Below, one piece after another: positions 57,442 to 64,000 of a stretch of DNA of 64,000 bases. This stretch comes from an uncultured Phycisphaeraceae bacterium (GTDB lineage Bacteria > Planctomycetota > Phycisphaerae > UBA1845), in NCBI GenBank assembly GCA_964574815.1, contig CAZNPL010000003.1:37747-101746 (forward strand). The letters run 5' to 3'. The translations under genes were made by a program, and so were the position numbers. The notes under the pieces are model-generated. The model saw nothing but the letters and a program-made list of their open reading frames with translations. It made no database searches and was not told where the DNA came from. The stretch's first letter is position 1, and each line of letters opens with the position of its first letter.

Positions 57442-57669
57442 TTACAGCGCGTCGATGTAGTGCTGGACATTCCGCTCCTCGCTTTCGGCGGCCTGCATTC
57501 CCAGAACGAAAGCCCGCTGAAGCACGCGTTTGAGGGCGGCGACATGCACCTCGTGGAAGTCGTAGCGGTCCAGGTTGCGGCGCTCGAGCGAGTCGATGCC
57601 CAGCTCGCCGGCGAGGCGGTTCGCCAGCTCGTCCAGGCGGGCCTTCGCGTCGTTCTTCTTCGCCATCAT
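57442..57669 (-). CDS. Small hypothetical phage protein (75 aa)
   Basis: AAGGAG lies upstream of ATG 57669. The sequence starts MMAKKNDAKARLDELANRLAGELGIDSLERRNLDRYDFHEV and is helical. It is the first gene of the minus-strand block. Confidence 0.45.
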   Translation of the reverse strand: MMAKKNDAKARLDELANRLAGELGIDSLERRNLDRYDFHEVHVAALKRVLQRAFVLGMQAAESEERNVQHYIDAL

Positions 57670-57753
57670 GTTCTCCTTCGCGTTGGGCACGCCCCATGCG
57701 TACAGGTCCATGAGGGCAAGACCAGCGAACGGGATCAAGCGAATCTGGCCGCA

Positions 57754-57767
57754 ATTCCGAGCGGAAT
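57754..57767. promoter_or_regulatory. Palindrome ATTCCGAGCGGAAT in the divergent region between the minus-strand block and the packaging genes
   Basis: ATTCCG-ag-CGGAAT is a perfect 6-bp inverted repeat. A further half-site GCGGAATGC lies ~35 nt downstream. It sits in the 213-bp non-coding gap 57670-57882. Confidence 0.35.
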
Positions 57768-57882
57768 CCGCAGATTCTTTTCCACGCACCGACGCGGAAT
57801 GCGGCCGTCCCCGGCACACGGGTTGCCTGAGCGCGCCGGCCCGCAGGCAAGGCGTGTGCCTGTCATGCGGAGGGCGGCGTAG

Positions 57883-58110
57883 ATGTCAGGCCATGACACT
57901 GCTGTTGAAGCCAAGCCGGCGCTGAACCCGATGGCGCTGCCCGTGGCCGACGCCGCGCGACTGCTCAGCGCCGCGGGTGGCCATCCGGTGACACCGGAAC
58001 AGATTCGGGTCGACATCGACGCCGGCGCGCCGACCAACGGCGACGGCACGATCAACCTGGTGCACTACGCCGCATGGTTGGTGAAGGAGATGTCCAGCCG
58101 TGGCGATTGA
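57883..58110 (+). CDS. Small terminase-like DNA-binding protein (75 aa)
   Basis: GGAGGG lies ~8 nt upstream. It sits immediately upstream of, and overlaps, the large terminase gene. ARLLSAAGGHPVTPEQI...INLVHYAAWLVKE resembles the N-terminal ~70 aa of the next protein. Confidence 0.45.
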   Translation: MSGHDTAVEAKPALNPMALPVADAARLLSAAGGHPVTPEQIRVDIDAGAPTNGDGTINLVHYAAWLVKEMSSRGD

Positions 58111-60376
58111 TCCGCGCAGACTGCGACCGAGCGAGCTGTGCCGGCTGCTCAACTCGACGCCGATCGGGGAGGTCATCGGCGAGCGGCAGTTGCACCGGCA
58201 TCGCACGCGGGCCGGGCTGCGGATTACCTCGACGGCCGACCCGCGAAACATCGATCTGCTGCGGTACGTCGCGTGGCTCGTGTCGGAACGCCACAAGCCC
58301 AAACCCGAACCAGAGGGCCTGACCGGCTACGACGCTCATCGGGAGCGCATGGCCCAGCGGAACCGCGAGCTGTCGCTGTCGGGCCGCGACATCGGCGAGA
58401 TGCCGGCGGTCGTGAATGCGGAGCGGAAGGCGAGGGCCGAGCGCGACTTTCGCTTCTTCTCCGAACAGTACCTCCCACAGACGTTTCACCTGCCGTGGTC
58501 GCCGGATCACTTGAAGGTCGTCGCCAAGATCGAGCAGGCCGTGCTCGAAGGCGGGCTGTTTGCGATGGCCATGCCCCGCGGCAGCGGCAAAACCTCGATG
58601 TGTGAGACCGCCTGCCTGTGGGCGCTGCTGTACGGGCACCGGGAGTTCGTCGCGCTGATCGGGAGCGACGAAGAGCACGCCTCGAACATGCTCGAGTCGA
58701 TCAAGGCGGAACTGGAGAACAACGAGCTGCTGCTGGAAGACTTCCCCGAGGTGGTCTTTCCGATCCAGGCACTGGAAGGCATCCACCAGCGGGCTGGTGG
58801 TCAACTCTATCAAGGCAAGCAGACGCACATCGGTTGGACCGCGCGGGAGCTCGTGCTGCCGACGATCCCCGACTCGAAGGCGTCTGGCTCAATCATTCGC
58901 GTGGCCGGCATCACCGGACGCATCCGCGGCATGAAGCACAAGCGCGTCGACGGAACGTCGGTACGGCCCTCGCTCGTGCTGATCGACGACCCACAAACCG
59001 ACGAGTCAGCGCGCTCACCGTCGCAGTGCGCCACGCGCGAACGCATCCTCGCGGGCGCAATCCTCGGTCTCGGCGGCCCCGGGCGCAAGATCGCGGGCTT
59101 GATGACGCTGACCGTCGTCCGCCCCGCCGACCTGGCCGACCGCATCCTCGACCGCGACAAGCACCCGCAGTGGCAGGGCGAACGCACGAAGATGGTGTAC
59201 TCGTTCCCGGCGAACGAAGCCCTGTGGGCGCGGTACGCCGAGCTGTGGCGCGAGGGGATGCGCGCCGATCGCGGGATCGCGGATGCCACGGAGTTCTACG
59301 GGGCTAACCGCGAGGCGATGGACGAGGGCGCAAGCGTCGCCTGGGCAGAGCGCCATCACCCGGATGAACTGTCCGCCGTCCAACACGCGATGAATCTGAA
59401 GCTGGATCGCGGCGAGGCTGCGTTCTGGGCTGAGTATCAGAACGAACCGCTGCCCGAAGAACATGCCGACGATGACCTGCTGACCGCCGACCAGATCGCC
59501 GCGAAGGTCAACGGGCTCAAGCGCGGCGAGGTGCCCATCGGCTGCACGCACCTGACCATGTTCGTCGACGTGCAGGGCAAGGCCCTGTTCTACTTGGTCG
59601 CGGGGTGGGAGGACGATTTCACTGGCTACGTCATCGACTACGGTACGGAGCCAGACCAGAAGGCCGCGTACTTCACGCTCCGCGACATCCGCCACACGCT
59701 GGCCAGCACCGCCACGCGTGCCGGGCTGGAAGGCGCGATCTATGGCGGACTCGAACGGCTGACCGAGGCCATGCTCGGGCGCGAGTGGCGACGTGATGAC
59801 GGCGCCATGGTGCGGATCGACCGCTGCCTGATCGATGCCAACTGGGGTCAGTCGTCGGACGTCGTTTATCAATTCTGCCGGCAGAGCAAGTTCGCCAGCG
59901 TCGTGATGCCGTCGCACGGGCGCTACGTCGGTGCGTCGTCGATCCCCTTCGCCGAGTACAAGCGCAAGCGCGGCGACCGCGTTGGTTTGAACTGGCGCAT
60001 TCCCGTCGTAACCGGCAAGCGGTCCGTTCGTCACGCCGTCTTCGACACGAACTATTGGAAGTCGTTCGTCCACGCCCGTCTGGCCGTGCCGATGGGCGAC
60101 CCCGGCTGCCTGTCGCTGCACGGACGCAAGCCCGAGCAGCATCGCCTGATGGCCGAGCACCTGACCAGCGAGTACCGCGTCAAAACCGAGGGGCGCGGAC
60201 GCACCGTGGACGAATGGAAGATTCGCGTCGATGGCCTCGACAACCACTGGCTGGACTGCCTGGTCGGCTGCGCCGTCGCCGCTTCCATCCAGGGCGCGAT
60301 TCTGTTCGGCACAGACACCAAGCCGGCGCCGCGCCCGCGCGTCCGGTTGTCCGAGTTGCAGGGGGCGCGACGATGA
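58100..60376 (+). CDS. Terminase large subunit (GpA-like) with N-terminal TerS-like extension
   Basis: The Walker A is AMPRGSGKTSMCE and the Walker B-like segment is SLVLIDDPQTDESA. The C-terminal nuclease region is VRIDRCLIDANWGQSSDVVYQFCRQ. It is followed by a lambda-family portal gene. Confidence 0.8.
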   Translation: MAIDPRRLRPSELCRLLNSTPIGEVIGERQLHRHRTRAGLRITSTADPRNIDLLRYVAWLVSERHKPKPEPEGLTGYDAHRERMAQRNRELSLSGRDIGEMPAVVNAERKARAERDFRFFSEQYLPQTFHLPWSPDHLKVVAKIEQAVLEGGLFAMAMPRGSGKTSMCETACLWALLYGHREFVALIGSDEEHASNMLESIKAELENNELLLEDFPEVVFPIQALEGIHQRAGGQLYQGKQTHIGWTARELVLPTIPDSKASGSIIRVAGITGRIRGMKHKRVDGTSVRPSLVLIDDPQTDESARSPSQCATRERILAGAILGLGGPGRKIAGLMTLTVVRPADLADRILDRDKHPQWQGERTKMVYSFPANEALWARYAELWREGMRADRGIADATEFYGANREAMDEGASVAWAERHHPDELSAVQHAMNLKLDRGEAAFWAEYQNEPLPEEHADDDLLTADQIAAKVNGLKRGEVPIGCTHLTMFVDVQGKALFYLVAGWEDDFTGYVIDYGTEPDQKAAYFTLRDIRHTLASTATRAGLEGAIYGGLERLTEAMLGREWRRDDGAMVRIDRCLIDANWGQSSDVVYQFCRQSKFASVVMPSHGRYVGASSIPFAEYKRKRGDRVGLNWRIPVVTGKRSVRHAVFDTNYWKSFVHARLAVPMGDPGCLSLHGRKPEQHRLMAEHLTSEYRVKTEGRGRTVDEWKIRVDGLDNHWLDCLVGCAVAASIQGAILFGTDTKPAPRPRVRLSELQGARR

Positions 60377-60561
60377 ACCTCCAGCCGCCGAAGCCAGCCG
60401 AGAAACCCGAGGAGCAGCGCGGCTTGCGCTGTCCCAAGTGCGGCTGCGAACACTTCCGCGTCATCTACACCCGCCGCACCTGGGGCGGGAAGATCATGCG
60501 CAGCCGGGAGTGCAGGCACTGCGGGCGGCGCGTGATCACCTACGAGCACGTGGCTTTCTGA
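60373..60561 (+). CDS. Small zinc-ribbon protein (62 aa)
   Basis: It has an ATGA overlap with the terminase stop. LRCPKCGCEHFRVIYTRRTWGGKIMRSRECRHCGRRVITYE carries CxxC...CxxC. Confidence 0.5.
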   Translation: MNLQPPKPAEKPEEQRGLRCPKCGCEHFRVIYTRRTWGGKIMRSRECRHCGRRVITYEHVAF

Positions 60562-60601
60562 GGTTCGGCGGGTCGAAATCGCGGCTTCGCGGCGATGCGC
60601 G

Positions 60602-60615
60602 TTCCATATATGGAA
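60602..60615. promoter_or_regulatory. AT-rich perfect palindrome TTCCATATATGGAA
   Basis: This 14-bp perfect palindrome lies in an otherwise GC-rich 260-bp non-coding stretch between the zinc-ribbon gene and the phage tRNA. It overlaps a TGGAATAAT extended -10-like string. Confidence 0.35.
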
Positions 60616-60752
60616 TAATCTGGCCTTCACGCCCCGTTCGTCGTTGCATCTTGAAGGCGAGCGGCGTAAGTATCAGGTAGACAACCAGGCCGGGTCTTCC
60701 CGGAGGCGAGCGGTCGGCGGCTGATCCCCGCCGGCTCTCACACGAGCAAACA

Positions 60753-60791
60753 GGCCGTATGGGGCCATACCCCCGTGCGGCCTTTTCGTTT
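60753..60791 (+). terminator. Candidate intrinsic terminator
   Basis: GGCCGTATGGGG-ccata-CCCCCGTGCGGCC is an imperfect GC-rich stem followed by TTTTCGTTT. Confidence 0.4.
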
Positions 60792-60823
60792 GGCCTCGCC
60801 TTTCAGAACGCCCTGGCCGGTTT

Positions 60824-60894
60824 GGCGGGATGGCGCAACGGAGCGTGCCGGGTTCATGTCCCGGAGGTTGCAGGTTCGAGTCCTGCTCCCGCAA
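60824..60894 (+). tRNA. Phage-encoded tRNA with CAT anticodon (Met or Ile2-type)
   Basis: A manual cloverleaf gives acceptor GGCGGGA/TCCCGCA (1:72 G:A mismatch), D arm GCGC-AACGGA-GCGT, anticodon arm CCGGG-TTCATGT-CCCGG, variable AGGTT and T arm GCAGG-TTCGAGT-CCTGC. It is 71 nt with no CCA. G37 is unusual. Confidence 0.65.
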
Positions 60895-60906
60895 GTGGAG
60901 GCAACG

Positions 60907-61101
60907 ATGGCCGAAGACCTCGAACAGAACATCCGCGACAACGCACAGGGTCCGAAGCGCGCGCAGACCGACTCGGTCAGCGTCGAACAACACGATCTGA
61001 AGGATCAGATCGAGGCGGATCGGTATCTGTCGTCCAAGGAGGCGGCGAAGAAGGGGCTCGGCGTTCGGATGACCAAGGTGGTCCCGCCCGGAGCGGTCTG
61101 A
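60907..61101 (+). CDS. Small phage head-module protein (64 aa), function unknown
   Basis: GGAGG lies 7 nt upstream of ATG 60907. The sequence is MAEDLEQNIRDNAQGPKRAQTDSVSVEQHDLKDQIEADRYLSSKEAAKK. It occupies the position of a head-tail joining or decoration gene between terminase and portal. Confidence 0.5.
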   Translation: MAEDLEQNIRDNAQGPKRAQTDSVSVEQHDLKDQIEADRYLSSKEAAKKGLGVRMTKVVPPGAV

Positions 61102-61128
61102 ATGCAACATCAATCAAGCGCAGCGCCA

Positions 61129-61539
61129 TCACAACGAACTGGCTGCAGCCGAGACGAACTGGCGCAGCCGCTCCTCCGAGAGTTTGGCTTCGTGCTCAGG
61201 TGCGAGGTCGGTGTCGTACATTTGAATCTTGTCGGCTTGGTGAATGGGCGCTCCAGCCGTTGGGGTGTTGCGGTAACCAGCCTCGGAGTGTGCGTCAAGC
61301 GTAAAGCGCGTGACGGTCATCCCGCTGTGCTCAACGATGCTACGGAAGTACATCAATGCAGGAACCACATGGTTGAACCAGTCTTCGGATTCGTACTCCG
61401 CTCCAATCCTCGGATATCGCCAGCTGGAGCCGCCAATGTGCTCCCATCCGAGCCGGAGGAACGCAATCTGAATACGAGTTCGGTCGTTCGGGTCCTGCAC
61501 GCTGGCTTGTTCTATATCGAACGAGAGAGTTATCGGCAT
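61129..61539 (-). CDS. Reverse-strand moron protein (136 aa), unknown function
   Basis: GGAGGAG lies 5 nt upstream of ATG 61539. The sequence starts MPITLSFDIEQASVQDPNDRTRIQIAFLRLGWEHIGGSSWRYP. It is opposite in orientation to the packaging/head operon and looks locally AT-richer. The upstream 74 codons of the track ORF are rejected. Confidence 0.55.
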   Translation of the reverse strand: MPITLSFDIEQASVQDPNDRTRIQIAFLRLGWEHIGGSSWRYPRIGAEYESEDWFNHVVPALMYFRSIVEHSGMTVTRFTLDAHSEAGYRNTPTAGAPIHQADKIQMYDTDLAPEHEAKLSEERLRQFVSAAASSL

Positions 61540-61672
61540 GGGACTCCTCCGTCTCAATCGCTGCGGCACGCGCCGCGGTATCCGTGTCGCAGCATAACTC
61601 TGCCCCGCGCTCGGGACAAGCGTACTGCTTCTGGACCATGTGTAGTTGGTTTGACGCCTTGGAGGGGCGGCA

Positions 61673-63169
61673 GTGTTTGAGTGGTTGCGAAAACTCGGTC
61701 CGCGGAAAGTGTCGGCCGCCAAAGCTGCGGCGCCTGGTCGCATGCTCGTCGTGCGCGGCAAGTACGACGCCGCGCAGACGACGCACGAGAACCGCCGGCA
61801 CTGGGCGAACGCCGATCATCTGTCGGCCAACGCGGCGATCGGGGCGGACGTACGGCGCATTCTGCGGAGCCGGGCCCGGTACGAGGTCGCCAACAACAGC
61901 TACGCCAAGGGCATCGTACTGACGCTGGCCAACTACGTCGTGGGCACGGGGCCACGGCTTCAGATGCTCACCGACGACCCCCAGGCCAACCGCGTCATCG
62001 AGAAGGAATTCGCCCGCTGGGCCAAGGCGGTCGGTCTGGCGGACAAGCTGCGAACCATGCGGATCGCGCAGTGCGAATCGGGCGAGGTCTTCGCCTTGCT
62101 GGCGACGAATCCTCGCATCGATGCGCCCGTGCAACTCGACGTGCGGCCGATGGAAGCGGATCAGGTGGCCACGCCCTGGCCGGTGCCGCGCGGTGACCTG
62201 AAGGCCGTGGACGGCGTCGTGTTCGACGAATTCGGAAACCCCATCGGGTACTACGTGCTCCGCCAGCACCCGGGCGACAACACGGTGCCGCGATCCGGCG
62301 GGATCGAGTTCGACGTGATGCCGGTCGAGTCCGTCATTCACCTGTTTCGTGCCGAGCGCCCGGGGCAGAGTCGAGGTATTCCGGAAATCACTCCCGCGCT
62401 TCCCCTGTTCGCCATGCTGCGTCGCTACACGCTTGCCGTGCTGGGTGCGGCCGAGCAAGCGGCGTTGCCGAGCGGCGTGATCTACACCGACGCGGCGGCG
62501 GATGCGGAGTCGAGCCAGGTCGAACCGATGGACACGGTCGAGATGGACCGGGGCACGTGGATGACGATGCCCTTCGGCTGGAAAATCAGCCAGGTCAAGG
62601 CCGAACAGCCGACCACGGTGTACGGCGACTTCAAGCACGAGGTGATCAACGAGATCGCCCGCTGCCTGAACATGCCGTTCAACATCGCGGCGGGTAACTC
62701 GTCGGGCTACAACTACGCCTCCGGGCGCCTCGACCACCAAGCGTTCTTCAAAGCCATCCGCATCGATCAGGCATACCTCGCCGACGGCGTTCTCGATCGC
62801 ATCCTGAAGGCATGGATCGACGAGGCGGTGCTGATCGAAGGGTATCTCCCGCAGTCGGTGCGCACCCTCGATGCGGCGTTTCCACACCAGTGGTTCTGGG
62901 ACGGGTTCGAGCACGTCGATCCCGCGAAGGAAGCGAACGCGCAATCGACGCGGCTCCAAAGCAACACGACGACACTCGCCGCCGAGTTTGCGAAATGCGG
63001 CTTGGACTGGGAGAGCGAGCTTCGCCAGCGCGCTCGCGAGGTGGCGCTGATGCGCGAGCTGGGTTTGACGACGACGCCGGCACCGCCCGCTTCACCATCG
63101 GAAAACGAAGACGACACGGAGGACGACGACGATGTCACGGAAAACGCAGACGCGCGGCAAGTCGCCTGA
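61673..63169 (+). CDS. Phage portal protein, lambda (gpB) family
   Basis: A GTG start has GGAGGGG upstream. NRRHWANADHLSANAA..RSRARYEVANNSYAKGIVLTLANYVVGTGPRLQ and the later GQSRGIPEITPAL match lambda-family portals. Confidence 0.85.
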   Translation: MFEWLRKLGPRKVSAAKAAAPGRMLVVRGKYDAAQTTHENRRHWANADHLSANAAIGADVRRILRSRARYEVANNSYAKGIVLTLANYVVGTGPRLQMLTDDPQANRVIEKEFARWAKAVGLADKLRTMRIAQCESGEVFALLATNPRIDAPVQLDVRPMEADQVATPWPVPRGDLKAVDGVVFDEFGNPIGYYVLRQHPGDNTVPRSGGIEFDVMPVESVIHLFRAERPGQSRGIPEITPALPLFAMLRRYTLAVLGAAEQAALPSGVIYTDAAADAESSQVEPMDTVEMDRGTWMTMPFGWKISQVKAEQPTTVYGDFKHEVINEIARCLNMPFNIAAGNSSGYNYASGRLDHQAFFKAIRIDQAYLADGVLDRILKAWIDEAVLIEGYLPQSVRTLDAAFPHQWFWDGFEHVDPAKEANAQSTRLQSNTTTLAAEFAKCGLDWESELRQRAREVALMRELGLTTTPAPPASPSENEDDTEDDDDVTENADARQVA

Positions 63170-64000
63170 CGCACCTGTCCGCAAGCAAGCGGACGCAGAA
63201 ACAGGTCAGCCGGTCCCCAATCGGATCGAGCTCCGTTGCCTGCCGGGCAACATCTCGCTGGTGGCGCTGGCCGCCGAAAGTGAGGGCGAATCGATCCCGC
63301 GCTTCACGATGATCGCCTACACCGGCGAGGCCATGCGCATCGAGGGCTGGCGGTTCCCCGTCGTGGTCGACCTCGACGGTCTGTCGATTCCGTCGCAGCG
63401 CAGGCCGGTTCGGTTCGGCCACAGCATGTACGCCGGCGTGGGGCATACGGAACGAATCGCCGTCGAAGCGGGCCGGTTGATCGCCGAGGGCATCGTTTCC
63501 CGCGACACCGCTGCGGCCCGCGAGGTCGTCGCCAGCGGGAAGCGCGGCTTCCCGTGGCAGGCGTCGATCGGCGCCCAGGTCGCGCAGGCCGAATTCGTGC
63601 GGAACGGAAAGAACATCACGGTCAACGGCAGGACGTTCGACGGTCCGCTCTATGTTGCCCGCCGGACGGTGCTGGGCGAGATCAGTTTCGTCGACCTCGG
63701 AGCAGACACGAACACCACCGCGACCATCGCGGCGCAACAGCAGGAGAACGTACTCATGGACGACACGAACGACACGCAGGTCACGCAGACCGAAATCACG
63801 GATTCGCCGCCGGAACCGGCGCGCGAGACGCAGGCGGACGGGAATGGCACGGAGGCCCGCCCGCCCGTCAACCCGGTGGGTGAACTGCGCGCGCAGGCCT
63901 TGGCCGAAACGAAGCGCATCGGCGCCATCCGGCGCATCTGCGCGGGCAAATTCTCGGAGATCGAGGAGAAGGCCATCGCCGAGGGCTGGACCGAGGAAAA
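63132..64000 (+). CDS. Prohead serine protease (S78/HK97-like) with C-terminal scaffold-like region, 3' partial
   Basis: This frame is open from ATG 63132 to the window end (my own translation). RPVRFGHSMYAGVGHTERIAVEAGRLIAEG...GKRGFPWQASIGAQV fits the prohead protease pattern. It is followed by an acidic/Thr-rich linker and a helical segment. The ORF is absent from the track because it has no stop in the window. Confidence 0.6.
   Translation, partial: MSRKTQTRGKSPDAPVRKQADAETGQPVPNRIELRCLPGNISLVALAAESEGESIPRFTMIAYTGEAMRIEGWRFPVVVDLDGLSIPSQRRPVRFGHSMYAGVGHTERIAVEAGRLIAEGIVSRDTAAAREVVASGKRGFPWQASIGAQVAQAEFVRNGKNITVNGRTFDGPLYVARRTVLGEISFVDLGADTNTTATIAAQQQENVLMDDTNDTQVTQTEITDSPPEPARETQADGNGTEARPPVNPVGELRAQALAETKRIGAIRRICAGKFSEIEEKAIAEGWTEE

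Larger units (their letters stand above)
29801..64000 (+). mobile_element. Integrated temperate phage / phage-derived island adjacent to tRNA-Met (right end beyond window)
   Basis: The region starts directly after a tRNA. It contains a large serine recombinase cassette, defence-type cargo, a replication/recombination module, terminase, portal and prohead protease. Several cargo genes look visibly more AT-rich than the flanking chromosome. Confidence 0.8.

Noticed and set aside
55297-57882. The longest non-annotated ORF in the track (861 aa, + strand).
   Set aside because: It starts out of frame inside the ParB-methyltransferase gene. It then runs antisense to four minus-strand genes that have good RBSs and recognisable motifs. 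Its translation is Arg/Leu/Gly/Pro-rich low complexity, typical of antisense frames in high-GC DNA.
60824-60894. The phage tRNA-like sequence, considered as the attR duplicate of the host tRNA 3' end.
   Set aside because: It folds into a complete independent cloverleaf. It is only ~86% identical to the host tRNA 3' half. Phage head genes continue beyond it, so the element does not end here.
61340-62959. A 539-aa minus-strand ORF.
   Set aside because: It is fully antisense to the lambda-family portal gene, which has clear family motifs. Its composition is Arg-rich low complexity.

Overview
High-GC bacterial window. PEP-CTERM tails, DCNxNGxPDECD repeats and a dockerin/cohesin pair suggest a Planctomycetota-like genome, but that is inference only. 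It splits into two parts. (1) Positions 1-29.8 kb are chromosomal. They hold a 5'-partial GltD-like Fe-S flavoprotein and a sulfatase-superfamily gene. Next comes a 5,198-aa secreted giant repeat protein ending in a dockerin, followed directly by a cohesin-like PEP-CTERM protein and a LamG-like anchored protein. After that are a translationally coupled Mre11/SbcD-Cho(GIY-YIG) fusion plus dinB, a nitroreductase, a TPPII-like S8 protease and an initiator-type tRNA-Met(CAT). A ~50-120 bp palindromic REP-like element recurs at four gene 3' ends. (2) Positions 29.8 kb to the window end are an integrated temperate phage or island abutting the tRNA. The accessory end holds a 451-aa protein with an Rx4H (HEPN-like) motif, a four-gene overlapping large-serine-recombinase cassette, a DUF5131/TcmP pair, and a Type I R-M operon (hsdR, hsdM fused to a half hsdS). 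That operon continues into XRE + ImmA/IrrE + two coupled proteins of unknown family, which is my best candidate for an undescribed system. Then follow a phage sigma factor and a recombination/replication module (Cas4-like exonuclease, Sak4-like ATPase, DUF669-like, ERCC4 nuclease, RecD-like helicase, primase-helicase). After these come an iteron-rich putative origin, a ParB-methyltransferase, a minus-strand regulatory block, terminase, a phage tRNA(CAT), a reverse-strand moron, a lambda-family portal and a prohead protease (3' partial). A short motif, ACATAAC[CG][CG]G, recurs in the phage intergenic regions. No CRISPR array or rRNA is present. Many long antisense ORFs in the track are GC-driven artefacts.
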